Positions 30,806 to 41,708 of a stretch of 64,000 nt of DNA are shown here, one piece after another. The DNA lies in the IMG/VR virus record IMGVR_UViG_3300037193_003384, positions 2,145 to 66,144 of that record; one strand, given 5' to 3'. Below the pieces are notes generated by a model that saw nothing but the letters and a program-made list of their open reading frames with translations, ran no database searches and had not been told where the DNA came from. The DNA comes from a virus (lineage: Duplodnaviria; Caudoviricetes). The translations under genes were made by a program, and so were the position numbers. The number at the start of each line of letters is the position of its first letter. Position 1 is the first letter of the stretch.

Positions 30806-31930
30806 ATGGCTGGACGAGGCGCCGTCTCAGCCTTCGGTGACCACTGCGTGTGGACCGGGGCGAGTGCGAACAATAGGCAAAAATGGCTGCGAACGCGACG
30901 CTCGGGCGTCGGCGGCAGTGATGCTGCAGCGATCATGGGCGTGAGCCCGTTCAAGAGCGAGCTGGCGCTCTATGTGGAAAAGATCCACGAGGGCGATCCC
31001 GATGAGGATTCCAGCGAGATCGCGGAGTGGGGCCGCGTGTTCGAGCCGATCATTCTGAAGGAATATTCGCGGCGCGCGGCGCGGCGCGTGGTGAAGGGCG
31101 GGCAGCTGCTGCGCTCGAAGCATGCGCCTCACCACCTGGTGACGCTGGACGGCGTGCAGCTCACGCGGCCGCCCGAGTGGGCGCGCGGCGCGGGCGTGGC
31201 CGAGGTGAAGACCACCGGCTACGGCGCGCGCTACGACGAGGACCTGCCGGTGGAGGTGCAGGTGCAGATCCAATGGGAGCTGTTCGTGTCGCGTGCGGCG
31301 TGGGCGACTTGCATCTGGTTGCCCTTCCCCGAGCGGCGCCTGCGCTGGATCGACGTGGCGCCCCACCCGGCATTTCAGGCGGTGCTCGCTGAGCGCGTGG
31401 ACCGCTTCTGGGACCGGGTGCAGAAGCGCTTACCGCCCGATCCCGATGGCAGCGAGTCCAGTGAGATGGCGCTGCGGCACCTGTACCCCGAGGACAACGA
31501 TGAGGTGATCCGCATCCTCGACGCCACGCGCATCGCCGATGAGTACGAACGCAACAAGGCCGCGATCGCGCTGCTCACCACCCGCAACCAGCTGATCAAG
31601 AACACGCTGGCGGCCACCATCCGGAGCGCCAAATACGCGCTGCTGGACGACGGCCGCTACTGGGGAACGGCGTACTATCAGCCGCGGGAAAACCGCTGCC
31701 GGCACTGCAACGAGGTCCTGTCGCGCACGGACTCCTACCGCACGTATACGCTGCGGGCGCCGCGCAAGAAGCCCTTCCACGTCATCGGCGAATCGCGCCG
31801 GCTGGTGGTGGAGCTCGAGCACGGCCACGAGCACGAGCTGGGCGCGTGCGGCGATCTCACGCAGCAGCTCACCGAGTCCATCGTGGGCGCGGGGCAGCCC
31901 GCGAACGATGACCGGGGGGCCGCGGAATGA
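30806..31930 (+). CDS. YqaJ-like viral recombinase/exonuclease
   Basis: WLRTRRSGVGGSDAAAIMGVSPF, WGRVFEP, TLDG, EVKT and QIQW. Confidence 0.9.
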   Translation: MAGRGAVSAFGDHCVWTGASANNRQKWLRTRRSGVGGSDAAAIMGVSPFKSELALYVEKIHEGDPDEDSSEIAEWGRVFEPIILKEYSRRAARRVVKGGQLLRSKHAPHHLVTLDGVQLTRPPEWARGAGVAEVKTTGYGARYDEDLPVEVQVQIQWELFVSRAAWATCIWLPFPERRLRWIDVAPHPAFQAVLAERVDRFWDRVQKRLPPDPDGSESSEMALRHLYPEDNDEVIRILDATRIADEYERNKAAIALLTTRNQLIKNTLAATIRSAKYALLDDGRYWGTAYYQPRENRCRHCNEVLSRTDSYRTYTLRAPRKKPFHVIGESRRLVVELEHGHEHELGACGDLTQQLTESIVGAGQPANDDRGAAE

Positions 31931-32633
31931 GCGCGCCGATCACCGGCTACGCGAAGGCCACCGAGCTGCTGTACCGCTGGCTGCGCCATGACGCGGGCCA
32001 TCACGACGACCCCACGCTGGACGATGAGACGAACGACTACCTGCAGGCGTACGCGCTGCCGCGCGTGGAGCGCGACCAGGCGGTGCTGCAGGCGTGCGCT
32101 CGGCTGGCCATCATCGAGCACCCAACCGGCAGCATCACGCTGATGGCTGGCGCGGTGAACGTGACCAAGGCCGAGTGGGAGCGGCGGCGGTTCCAGCAGG
32201 CGGTGGCCGAGATGAAGCAGACGCTGGGCGGGGCCAACCCCGAAGCGCAGCGCCTGATACTCGAGGGGTGGCGTCGACTGGAGAGCCTCCGGTGATGCCT
32301 GCGGGGGGGGTGCTGGCGGTGGCCGGCAGCGTGGGGATGGACACGCTGCCGGCGCAGTACCGCGAGCCCATGCGGCTGTACCTGGCGGAGGGCGTGCTGC
32401 CCGAGTGCGAGCTGCGTGAGCTGCTCGAGGGCGCGCTCGCGTGCGCCATCCACCGCAACGACGCCCGCCCTGGGCAGCGCCCGGTGAGCGACGTGCTGCT
32501 GGCTGCGCGCTGGATCGAGCAGCAGCTGCCCGCGTGCGCGCACGGCAACCGCGACCAGGTGGGGCTCTGGACGGTCTACGTTCGGCGGGCGCGCGGGCGC
32601 GCGCTGCTGGCTGCCCTCGGCGAGGTGGCGTGA
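31927..32633 (+). other. two hypothetical genes (31927-32295, 32295-32633)
   Basis: Chained overlaps. Confidence 0.55.
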
Positions 32634-33226
32634 GCTTCGCCGGCTTCCGCTGCATCAGCGCCGACCCGCCGTGGCCGTTCAAAGACGCGCTGCCCGGCGG
32701 TGGCCGCGGCGCGGCGAAGCACTATGCGACGATGACCGTCGGGGCGATCTGCGCGTACCGGCTGCCGCCGCTGCATCCGGATTGCTGGCTCTTCCTTTGG
32801 CGCCCAGCCACGCACCAGCAGGCGGCGATCGACGTGGCGGGCGCGTGGGGATTCGATCGCCCACCCGCCGAGCTCATCTGGCGCAAGACCACGAAGGACG
32901 GGCGCCCGTGCATGGGGATGGGCCGCAGCGTGCGCAACGCGCACGAGACCTGCCTGGTCTTCCGGCGCGGCAAACCCACGCGGCTGAGCGCCAGCATCCT
33001 GTCCGTCTTCGATGCGCCGCGCGCTGAGCACTCGCGCAAGCCCGACGCGTTCTACAGCCTGGTGGATGCGCTGGTGCCGGGCCCGCACGTGGAGCTGTTT
33101 GCCCGCCGGCAGTGGCCCGGCTGGACGTGCCTGGGCGCCGAGATGGGCGCAGCCCTGCTGCCCCCGAAGCCTGCCCGCGGTGCCGCAAAACGTCTGCCCG
33201 CAACGGCCGAGACTGCGCCGATCTAG
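32630..33226 (+). CDS. MT-A70 family adenine methyltransferase
   Basis: ADPPW, HYATM, LFLW, MGMG...RNAHE, HSRKPD and VELFARR. Confidence 0.9.
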   Translation: MSFAGFRCISADPPWPFKDALPGGGRGAAKHYATMTVGAICAYRLPPLHPDCWLFLWRPATHQQAAIDVAGAWGFDRPPAELIWRKTTKDGRPCMGMGRSVRNAHETCLVFRRGKPTRLSASILSVFDAPRAEHSRKPDAFYSLVDALVPGPHVELFARRQWPGWTCLGAEMGAALLPPKPARGAAKRLPATAETAPI

Positions 33227-33362
33227 CGCACGATTCGCCGCTGCCGCGGGTGCTCGGGCAGCGCGGATTTGGTAGTGTCCAGGTGCCAAGACCGACACCC
33301 CGATGGCCGCGATCCGCGCGGGCCATGCTGGGCGAGGTCCACCTCACCGAAAGGAAGCCCCC

Positions 33363-34580
33363 ATGGCTACACGCCGATCCCCGCAGCCACCTCAGCGCGC
33401 GCCCGCGCAGCGCCGCCAGCAGCCCGCGCAGCGGCCAGCACCTGCGCCCGCGCGGCAGTCGAACCTGGCGCGCCGCGAGCCCGATCCATTCGACGACGCT
33501 GAAGATGACGTCGTCTCGATCGTGAAGCCCGATAGCGCTGCGCTCGAGGCGCTGACGAAGAGCGAGGTGTCGATGCAGCTCGACGCCGCTCACCGCTGGC
33601 CACGCGACACGCGGGGCTTCGTGGAGGAGGCGGTCGCCCTCTCCTGCTACCAGCGCGAGACCGCTGAGTCCTGCACGTTCACCCTGTTCCGGAAGGAGAA
33701 GGATGAGAAGGGCGCCTGGGTTGATAAGCCCATCACGGGCCCCAGCGTGCGGCTGGCTGAGATCGTAGCGCCCACGTGGGGCAACCTGCACATCGCCTCA
33801 CGCATCATCGATGAGGGCCCGCGCACCGTCACCGCGCAGTCCATCGCCTGGGATCTGGAGAAGAACCTGCGCCTGGGCGTGGAGGTGCAGCGCGGCATCG
33901 TGACGAAGAAGGGGGACCGCTACGGCGACGACATGATCCGCGTGACCATGATGGCAGCGATGAGCATCGCGTTCCGCAACGCGGTGTTCCGCGTGATCCC
34001 GCGTGCGCTGGTGAACGCCATCTGGGAAGACACGAAGGCGTATGTTCGCGGTGACGGCAAGGATCTGCCCGAGCGCCGCGACCGCGCGCTGGCCTGGTTC
34101 GCAAAGCGCGGCCTGCCGATCGAACGCCTTCTGGTGCGCATGGGCGTGGGCTCGATCGAGGAGCTCACCGATGAGCATTGCGACATCCTCTCGGGGCTCT
34201 GCCAGTCGCTAAAGCAAAACATCGTGACGATGGACGAGGCCTTCCCCGTGGTGCAGGCAGTGCCGCCGGCGGGCGCGCAGCAGCAGCGCAGCAAGGGCGC
34301 CGCGCTCGATGCGCTGGCGAACGCGCATAAGAAGAGCGAACCGCCGCCCGCGAATTCAGACCTGCCGCTCACGCCCGAGGCAGTGCATCGCGCGCTCGCC
34401 GATGCCGATGAAGCGTGGGAGCCAGCGCATCTGATCGAGAAGGTGCGGGGCTGGACGCCCGAGGCGCAGCGCATCGCGTACGACTGGGCGATGGCGTTCA
34501 TCGACACGCCGCAGGATGAGCCGCCACCCGAGCAGCCCGAGTTCACCCTGCTGCCGCGTGAGATGGGCGAGGAAGGCTGA
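33363..34580 (+). CDS. hypothetical protein, possible single-strand annealing partner of YqaJ
   Basis: AHRWPRD, ITGPSVRLAE and AWDLEKN. Function inferred only from proximity to YqaJ. Confidence 0.5.
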   Translation: MATRRSPQPPQRAPAQRRQQPAQRPAPAPARQSNLARREPDPFDDAEDDVVSIVKPDSAALEALTKSEVSMQLDAAHRWPRDTRGFVEEAVALSCYQRETAESCTFTLFRKEKDEKGAWVDKPITGPSVRLAEIVAPTWGNLHIASRIIDEGPRTVTAQSIAWDLEKNLRLGVEVQRGIVTKKGDRYGDDMIRVTMMAAMSIAFRNAVFRVIPRALVNAIWEDTKAYVRGDGKDLPERRDRALAWFAKRGLPIERLLVRMGVGSIEELTDEHCDILSGLCQSLKQNIVTMDEAFPVVQAVPPAGAQQQRSKGAALDALANAHKKSEPPPANSDLPLTPEAVHRALADADEAWEPAHLIEKVRGWTPEAQRIAYDWAMAFIDTPQDEPPPEQPEFTLLPREMGEEG

Positions 34581-34583
34581 GCC

Positions 34584-36104
34584 ATGACGATCCCCCGGAA
34601 TCCCCCCCCCGAATACCTCGGCGATGGCGTGTATGCGTCGTTCGATGGCTATCACCTTTGGCTGACCACCGGCTCCCACGAGGAGCGCGACGCGTCGAAC
34701 CGCATCGCGCTCGAGCCCAGCGTCTACGCGGCCCTCGTGCGCTACCAGGCGCGCGCGGCTGCCGCCATGGCGGACCCGGGTCCCGAGGATCCAGGGCCGC
34801 AGGTCCCCGCGGACCCAGGGCCCGAGCCCAAGGAGCCGCGCGATGGCTGATGCGATCCAGCCCAACTGCTCGCGGGCGCCAAGCCTGTGCATCAACAACG
34901 GCGAAGGCCGCTGCATCTGGTGCGGGCAGGCCGTCGGCGAGCGCGCCAGGCTGCCCACGCCGGTGGAGAACCTGGTCCCGCTCGAGCTGCGGCGCGCGCT
35001 CAACGTGGATGCCACGGTGAACGCGATCGTGCGCAATGCCTGCTACAACAACCACACGCGGGAGCAGGCATTGATCGACATGGTGGTGGCGCTGGTGGAG
35101 GACAAGGAGCGCCTGCTGCGGGCGCTCAGCGACGCCGAGCTGCGGCGCCCCAACGTCATCCACCTCGATGGCGACGCCACGATGCTGGTGCAGAAGGAGC
35201 CCACCGATGGCTGACGTGGATCCCCCCAAACGCGATCCCGAGATCGAAGCGATCGGGATCTGCCTGCGCGTGCTGCTGCCGCTCGACATGGCGGCGCGCA
35301 GTCGCGTGCTGGAGTACCTCGACCAACGCCTGCAGCGCGATGGCGACGCCACCCAAGACGAGGAGCCCACCGATGGCTGATGAAACCACCGTGCACATCC
35401 TCTTCGCGGGCGGCGCGTTGTGCATGAAGCCCGGGGTGCCGGGCGACTGGGGTGACGACGACCGCTGGGTGGGCTACGGCGATCACGACTCGGCCACCTG
35501 CCGCGACTGCCTGATCGAAGCCCGCATCGCAGATGCCGTGAGCACCGGGCTCCGTGAGCACCAGGAGCACGCGCTGCTGCAGCTGCTGCGGCGGGCCGTG
35601 GCCTGGCGCACGCAGGGCCACATCAGCGCGTGGAAGACACCGCCCAGCCGCGCGCTGGCGCTCGAGGTGGACAAGCTGTTCGAGACCCTGCCGGCGCTGG
35701 TGGCGGCCGTGGCGCCCGAAGCCTGGGCGAAGCATCAGGCAGCGTTCGGTGGGGCAGCGAAGCCCCCTGCCCTCGCGTGCGGTCCCCTCACCATCGCTGA
35801 GCACGAGCCGCCCACGTTCACGCTCAGCCAATGGTCCCTGGCGGTGGGCTCGCGCTGGGGTCGGGTGCTGCATTTCGCCGACTGGCTGGCGCGCGCCGCA
35901 GGCGTGGAGCTCGAGCGCGCCGAGCTGACGGACGCGGCCGCTACGCTGCACCTGCGCCTGGGCACACGCGACGTGAGCCACACCGTCGCGTGGGCGGTGG
36001 TGGAGGCAGCCATCATCGACGATGACTGGCGGCGGGGCATCGCAACGGCGGTGCACGATCTGCAGCGCGCGGACCGGGCGCCGACGGCCGACCCCTACCG
36101 GTGA
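34584..36104 (+). other. four hypothetical genes (34584-34850, 34843-35214, 35207-35380, 35373-36104)
   Basis: Junctions share AGGAGCC...CGATGGCTGA. Confidence 0.6.
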
Positions 36105-36305
36105 ACAGCGAAGGTTGGACGACATGGCTGGCTGCACGGCGAAGGGCTGGAACGTACCCAGCCAGCCCGAGGAGCCCGGCGACTGATACGCCGAGCGGCG
36201 CCTGCCGCCCTCGAGCGCTGGCCCGCAGTGAGGTTGATTGATCGGGGATCCGATCGGTCTTGGCCCCTCGCTACGGGCTGGCTTTCGGGGGCGGCGGGTG
36301 GCTGC

Positions 36306-36545
36306 TCACGCAGGGCGGCGGGTACGCGGGGACCTGGGTACGGCGGCGGACCCAGGCTTCAGGCCGTCCTTCGCCAGCAGATCGAGCAGGTATTCGCGGA
36401 TCTGGATCCCGCGCTCGAAGCAGCGGGCCTTCACCTTCTGATGCAGGTCCGCCGGGATGTCAGCGTGCAGTCGCTTCTCCCCTACCCCGAATCTGTCCGC
36501 GCCCCGAGCCGCCGTGCGGCTTGGCCTTTCTGCCGTGTATGCCAT
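36306..36545 (-). CDS. ParG-like ribbon-helix-helix partition adaptor
   Basis: Flexible N-terminus then [43 protein letters not shown], overlaps the parA 3' end. Confidence 0.75.
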   Translation of the reverse strand: MAYTAERPSRTAARGADRFGVGEKRLHADIPADLHQKVKARCFERGIQIREYLLDLLAKDGLKPGSAAVPRSPRTRRPA

Positions 36546-37194
36546 GCGATCCTTTCTCCACTGCGCGCCAGATGCGCTTGATGTCCAGCCCTGCCGACTT
36601 GGCAGCGGCCACGGTGAGCACTGACTCGCCCACCTCCATTGAGGCCGGGAATGCAGCGCGCTGGCGCACGCACCCGGCATAGTGATCGGCCATCTGCAGC
36701 AGGCCGCTCTCGGCCTTGCCCGTCGCCAGCGCGCCGGTGATGGCGCGGTTCACCACGAACGTGCGGCGCACCGGGCGGCGCCCGAGCTGCTCGCGGATCT
36801 GGTCCGCCTGGTCCAGTGACTCGAGCGTCTCGGCCAGCGCCCAGAAGTCGGCGGGCCCCGGCGCCACGGGTAGCACCACCACGTCGGCCGCGACGGCTGC
36901 GCTGAGCGTGATATCGCCGCGGCGCGCCGGGCCGTCCAGCAGCACCACGTCGTAGCCCCGGGACATGTCCTGGATGCGGGGCAGGGGCAGGGGCTTGGGC
37001 GCCTGCACGACGGTGAGCCCGGCGAGCAGCGATGGCTCCCCACGCTTCGCGCTCCAATCGAGCGCGGTGCCCTGGGGATCCATGTCGATGATGAGCGTGC
37101 GGCGCCCGGCGAGGTGAGCAGCAGCGGCGAAGTTGACGGCCAGCGTCGTCTTCCCGCTGCCGCCCTTCTGTTGGAGGACGGCGACGGTGAGCAT
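36460..37194 (-). CDS. parA: ParA family partition ATPase (type Ib, ParF-like)
   Basis: [17 protein letters not shown] and YDVVLLDGP, no N-terminal HTH. AAGGAG RBS. Confidence 0.92.
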   Translation of the reverse strand: MLTVAVLQQKGGSGKTTLAVNFAAAAHLAGRRTLIIDMDPQGTALDWSAKRGEPSLLAGLTVVQAPKPLPLPRIQDMSRGYDVVLLDGPARRGDITLSAAVAADVVVLPVAPGPADFWALAETLESLDQADQIREQLGRRPVRRTFVVNRAITGALATGKAESGLLQMADHYAGCVRQRAAFPASMEVGESVLTVAAAKSAGLDIKRIWRAVEKGSHGIHGRKAKPHGGSGRGQIRGRGEATAR

Positions 37195-37236
37195 GGGGGG
37201 ATGCTCCTTTTGGGGGGTAGGGGGGGAGGGCCGCGC

Positions 37237-37268
37237 GGACCTGGGGTACGCGGGGACCTGGGGACCCC
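37237..37268. repeat. 8-bp-period repeat array upstream of parA, candidate centromere/operator
   Basis: GGACCTGG GGTACGCG GGGACCTG GGGACCCC. The 18-mer GGTACGCGGGGACCTGGG recurs at 36321. Confidence 0.55.
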
Positions 37269-37297
37269 TATAGCGCAGCACGAATCGTCGCGGTCAA

Positions 37298-37313
37298 GTT
37301 TTCACGTGAAACG
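37298..37313. promoter_or_regulatory. chromosomal parS-like palindrome GTTTTCACGTGAAACG
   Basis: 13/16 match to TGTTTCACGTGAAACA, intergenic about 100 bp upstream of parA. Confidence 0.45.
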
Positions 37314-37327
37314 GGTTACAATGCGCC

Positions 37328-37771
37328 ATGCCCCTACCACCCGCCGGCATCTCGCCAGCCTCCGATCCCGTCACCAGCACCATCGGCGCGCAGTCCCCAG
37401 CGCCCGCCATTCTCGCCGACCGGATCGACCCGCTCACGGGTGACTTCGAGTCGCTGTTCACCGGGCGCCCACTCGCCGACGCGTTCGTGCTCGAGGCGCT
37501 GACGGTGCAGCGCGGCACCGGCGCGGCGGTGCGTGACCTGGGCAACCGGTTCCGTGAGCTCACGCACGTGGAGCAGGGCACGGCCGAGCTCATCGAGAGC
37601 ATGGCGGCGGAGGCGTTCGCTGATGCTGAGCGGGCAGGGGTGGCGCAGCTCACGCGCGTGGTGGTGACCGAAGACCCGAGCGATGGTTCGCAGATCGAGA
37701 CCGTGCTCGAGTTCCGCGACCTGCTGGCGCCACCCGAGTCCGCGCAGCGCCGATTGGTCTTCCCGCGCTGA
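37328..37771 (+). CDS. baseplate wedge protein (Mu gp46 / gp25-like)
   Basis: Size, position before baseplate J, and ALTVQRG...DLGNRF. Confidence 0.6.
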   Translation: MPLPPAGISPASDPVTSTIGAQSPAPAILADRIDPLTGDFESLFTGRPLADAFVLEALTVQRGTGAAVRDLGNRFRELTHVEQGTAELIESMAAEAFADAERAGVAQLTRVVVTEDPSDGSQIETVLEFRDLLAPPESAQRRLVFPR

Positions 37772-37789
37772 GCCGTTACACTCGCACGG

Positions 37790-39373
37790 GTGACATACGC
37801 AACGGAGCGCGAGTGGGCGGTCTTCCGGCGGGGTGAGCAGCGGGAGGCGATGCTTCGCGACTACCGCGAAGGGCTGCGCCTGCAGGTCAACCCGGAGACG
37901 GGGACGTTCTTTACCGAGGACGAGATCCGCCGCGCCACCGCGAAGGGCGGGCGGTTCTGGAAAGACTTCGACGGCCTGGACCTGGTGCTGCTGGGCATCC
38001 AGAAGCGCGACGAGTTCCTCGCCAACCAGATCCGCGTCGATCGCGCGGGCTCGGCGTTCCTGCGGAACTATCACTTCCCGCTCTGGGGTGAGGAGTACCT
38101 GCCCGCGTTCGGCGGCTCGGGCACCGTGCTGGCCACGGGCAACCCAGGCGTTATCTGGCAGGGCTCCACCGAGGTGCCGGACCCGGGCGCCGTCTACGGC
38201 ACGGACCCGGCGGGGCTGCGCTACCAGGTGCTCGCGTCGGGGGAAGCCGATGGCGATGGTGAAGCGCAGCTGCTGCTCATCGGGATCGATGGGGGAGACG
38301 AAACCAACATCGAGGTGGGGACGGTCATCACCTGGGCGAACGCGCCCATCGGATCCATCGGCACCGCGACGGTGATCGGGGACAAGTTCACGGGCGGCTC
38401 AGACGCGGAGACCGATGCCGATGCTGCCCGGCGCCTGGCGGACCGCATCCGCCACAAGCCGGCCTCGGGGAACTGGGCACACATCCGGGCCTTCGCCAGG
38501 AAGGCCAGCGTTAGCGTCGAGGACGCGTTCGTCTACTGCTGCGCCTTCCACGCGGGCAGCGCCCTGGTGGCGGTGGTGCAGAAGCGCGGCACCATCGCGG
38601 GGCCGCTGGCGCGCATCCCTTCCATTGGCGTGCTCACGCGCGTGAGGGCTGCGCTCGTGCCGCCCGCCTCCACGAACATGCCCGGCGTGCAGCACCTGGT
38701 GGTCGTGCCGCCCGTGGCGGTGAGCTCGAACGCGACCGTGCTGCTGCTGCAGCCCGTCGATTCGGGCGTGGGCTGGCGCGACCTGCAGCCCTTCCCGCCC
38801 ATCAACGCGGGCTCGGCCGTGGCCGTCAGCACGGTGACCACCCAGCAGGACATCCGGATCACCGCGCAGACGGCGGGGCTGCTGCCCGATGGCGTGAGCT
38901 CCTCCGCCGAGGTGCACCTGATGGTTTGGGACGTGCCCACGAGCGCGTTCCTCTCGATCCCCGTGCAGACGGTCACGGACCTGGGCGCCGGCATCTACCG
39001 CGTGCAGCTCTCGGCGCCGCTCGCCGGCCACACCTTCGCGGTGGGCGACTGGGTGTCGCCCGATATGCTGCGCCGCGATACCCTGGCGGCAGCCGTGGTG
39101 CGCTACTACGACGGGCTCGGGCCCGGCGAGGTGATCGATCTCACCACCGACGATCGCGCTGGGCGCGCCTACCGCAACCCGGTGCCGAGCGAGCAGTCGC
39201 CATCGCGCGGCGGGCAGAGCATCGTGGGCGTGATCACCGAGGCGCTGGGCTCGAGCGTGACCGACGCGGCGATGGTGTCGCTGTCTCCATCGGTGCCGGC
39301 GGTGCCCGCGGATCCGATCACGGGGCCATCGCTGCTCGTGCCGGGTAAGTTCGCGGTGTATCCTCAGACCTGA
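37790..39373 (+). CDS. baseplate J / gp47-like protein
   Basis: TGGSDAETDA...RL..RIRHKPASGNWAHIRAFA...VEDAFVY. Confidence 0.85.
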   Translation: MTYATEREWAVFRRGEQREAMLRDYREGLRLQVNPETGTFFTEDEIRRATAKGGRFWKDFDGLDLVLLGIQKRDEFLANQIRVDRAGSAFLRNYHFPLWGEEYLPAFGGSGTVLATGNPGVIWQGSTEVPDPGAVYGTDPAGLRYQVLASGEADGDGEAQLLLIGIDGGDETNIEVGTVITWANAPIGSIGTATVIGDKFTGGSDAETDADAARRLADRIRHKPASGNWAHIRAFARKASVSVEDAFVYCCAFHAGSALVAVVQKRGTIAGPLARIPSIGVLTRVRAALVPPASTNMPGVQHLVVVPPVAVSSNATVLLLQPVDSGVGWRDLQPFPPINAGSAVAVSTVTTQQDIRITAQTAGLLPDGVSSSAEVHLMVWDVPTSAFLSIPVQTVTDLGAGIYRVQLSAPLAGHTFAVGDWVSPDMLRRDTLAAAVVRYYDGLGPGEVIDLTTDDRAGRAYRNPVPSEQSPSRGGQSIVGVITEALGSSVTDAAMVSLSPSVPAVPADPITGPSLLVPGKFAVYPQT

Positions 39374-40035
39374 TGGCTGAGCCCACGCGCGAAGACCTGA
39401 TCTATAACGCATGGCGATCAGCGGTCGGGAAGGGCGGAAGCGCCTCGAGCCCGAGCGCGATCGAGGCCCTGTTCCGCCGCGTGCGGGCGCGCGCCGTGGC
39501 GGCCGTGGCGGACATGGGGGAGCGCGCGGCGCTGCAGGCGTTCCCCAATCTGGCGACGGATCTGCTGCCCTATTACGAGCGCCTGCTCGGGCTCACCGAC
39601 GATCCGGACCTCACCGAAGATCAGCGCCGCGCCGTGGCCGCAGCGCAATACACGCTCGAGATCGCCAGCGATGTGCCGGGCATCCAGGACTCCCTGCAGC
39701 AGCTGGACGAGCGCTTCGCCGTCGTGATCCCCGATCCGAACCGCACGCTCACCACCATGATGGGCCGCGCCTTCGAGGACATGGCGGGCGCCGAGCCCTT
39801 CGGCGGCGGGCGGCTGAGCACGAGCCTGCCCAATTACAGCGGGCTGCTGGTGCTGCGCGTGGTGCTCGAGCTCGGCGACGGCGTGCAGCCGGATGCGGAC
39901 GAGCGCCGCGCGATGCGCCAAGCGCGGCAGCTGCTGCACGATGTGCTGCCCGCCGCGAATGACTTACAGATCGTCACGCACCGCGGCTTCAAGCTTGACG
40001 TGTCGAGACTCGACCTCACAAGCTTCGACACATAG
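39373..40035 (+). CDS. baseplate protein gp48/YmfQ-like
   Basis: FPNLATDLLPYYERLLGL...QRRA and VLPA, follows baseplate J. Confidence 0.75.
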   Translation: MAEPTREDLIYNAWRSAVGKGGSASSPSAIEALFRRVRARAVAAVADMGERAALQAFPNLATDLLPYYERLLGLTDDPDLTEDQRRAVAAAQYTLEIASDVPGIQDSLQQLDERFAVVIPDPNRTLTTMMGRAFEDMAGAEPFGGGRLSTSLPNYSGLLVLRVVLELGDGVQPDADERRAMRQARQLLHDVLPAANDLQIVTHRGFKLDVSRLDLTSFDT

Positions 40036-40048
40036 GGGAGGCTGAGCC

Positions 40049-40969
40049 ATGCCGCTACCGCCGATCAAACCCGGAGGCTGGGATCCGGAAGACATCTTCA
40101 CGTCGGACGAGGCGAACGCCTTCCAGGACGGGCTGCTCGGGATCTCCGCGGATCTGGAAACAGCCGAGGCCGCCATCGTTGCGGCGCAGGCAGATGCCGA
40201 CAACGCGCAGGCCGTCAATGCGCTGCAGGCATCGCAGCTGGGGCTGCACGAGGATTGGATCCTGCGGCCCGACGCATACATCGACTTCGTCGAAGACTGG
40301 TTCGGCGCCATCCACAACAGCGGCGGGTCGCGCATCGATGCGCAGCTGCCCTGGCGCTGCGGCGGCACCAGCGGATCGGTCGCGGTCAACGCGCGCGCGG
40401 GCAATTCACGGCACCCCGGGCTGCTCGAAGTCGCGCTGCCGGGCAACGGCGTGAGCGACCAGGATTTCCATTTCGAGCTCATCGGCGCGACCGCGGGCAT
40501 GTTCCTGTTCAGCCAGATCGAGCAGTTCATCTGCGCGGTGAAGATCGCCGATCACGCCTCCAACGTGACGAGCCGCATCCGCATCGGCTTCGCCCAGGAC
40601 AACTCCGTCTATGGCGGCGGCACCGACGCGCTGAGCCTGCACCATGTCAAAAACGCCGGCGCGTCGAAATGGTGGCTCTGGCGAAAGCGCGCGGGCGTCG
40701 AGCAGCAGTACGATCTGGGCAACCAAACCGTGGGTGAGTACGCGCAGGTCCGCTTTTTGAAACCGCAGGGCACTAGCAACCTGGAGGTCTATTTCGGTTC
40801 CCCCGGGACGACACCGATCGTCACGCTCACCAGCGGTCAGCTCCCCACGGGGCTCTGCACCTTCGGCGCTTACATCGGGACCGGCTCATCCGACGCCAAC
40901 GTCTTCACGCCATCCATCGATCTGATGGCTGTACGCTTCGGCTTCGGTGGCAACCGCGTCGGTGTCTGA
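40049..40969 (+). CDS. putative tail fibre / receptor-binding protein
   Basis: Short coiled coil then a beta-rich domain similar to the C-terminus of 47611-51258. Confidence 0.55.
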   Translation: MPLPPIKPGGWDPEDIFTSDEANAFQDGLLGISADLETAEAAIVAAQADADNAQAVNALQASQLGLHEDWILRPDAYIDFVEDWFGAIHNSGGSRIDAQLPWRCGGTSGSVAVNARAGNSRHPGLLEVALPGNGVSDQDFHFELIGATAGMFLFSQIEQFICAVKIADHASNVTSRIRIGFAQDNSVYGGGTDALSLHHVKNAGASKWWLWRKRAGVEQQYDLGNQTVGEYAQVRFLKPQGTSNLEVYFGSPGTTPIVTLTSGQLPTGLCTFGAYIGTGSSDANVFTPSIDLMAVRFGFGGNRVGV

Positions 40970-41708
40970 TGGCTGACTTCGGCGCACGCTTTACCGCCGG
41001 CGCCACGCTGGAGAACTGGGCGGACCCAGCGCTCGGCGAGCGCCCGAGCCGCATCCATGCGCTGCCCGAGCTGCCGCTGAAACGACGGCTGGCGCTCACC
41101 GACGATCCCGTGGAGATCAGCGCGGTGGTGGCGGGCGTGGAGGGCCCGCTCGATGCCGCGCTCAGCGGGCGCACCTTCTTCGGTTGGTTCACCGAGTACC
41201 CAGGGACCTCTGCACCCGCGGTCTCGAGTCCGCCGGGGCAGTCGAGCGTGCGCAGCTTCACGCCCACGGAGCCCGGGCATTACACCTATGTCCTGCGGCG
41301 CAAGGGCGGCGGAGGCATCGTCCTACACGTGGACGCAATCGACTTCGTGGGGGGCTGATGGCTGAGTTCATCGACGAGATCTCACCGCGCTACTACGGCG
41401 AGGACCGCCTGCGGCTCACGCTGAGCGAGCCCAACCAGCTGCTGCGTGCATTCGAGCCCGTGCTCATCAGCATCGACTATTCCGCGGCTCTGCCGGAGGG
41501 AATCGTGCTGCCGCTGGAGATGGCCGTCACCGCGCCGAGCGACGTCAATTCGACGCGCACCGTGTACCGGCGCTTCGTGCCGCAGCAGGTGGCGTTCACG
41601 CCGCGCGAAGGCGGCAGCCACCTCGTGCGCATCGGGGAGCTCTGGCATGACGGCTACTGGGGTCGGCTCGTTCTCCAAATCGACGGCGATCGTCTGAGCG
41701 CCGCGTGA
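40969..41708 (+). other. two small beta-rich virion-region genes (40969-41358, 41358-41708)
   Basis: Both end in FTP..(P/G)G.(Y/H) Ig-like patterns and are chained by overlaps. Confidence 0.55.
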
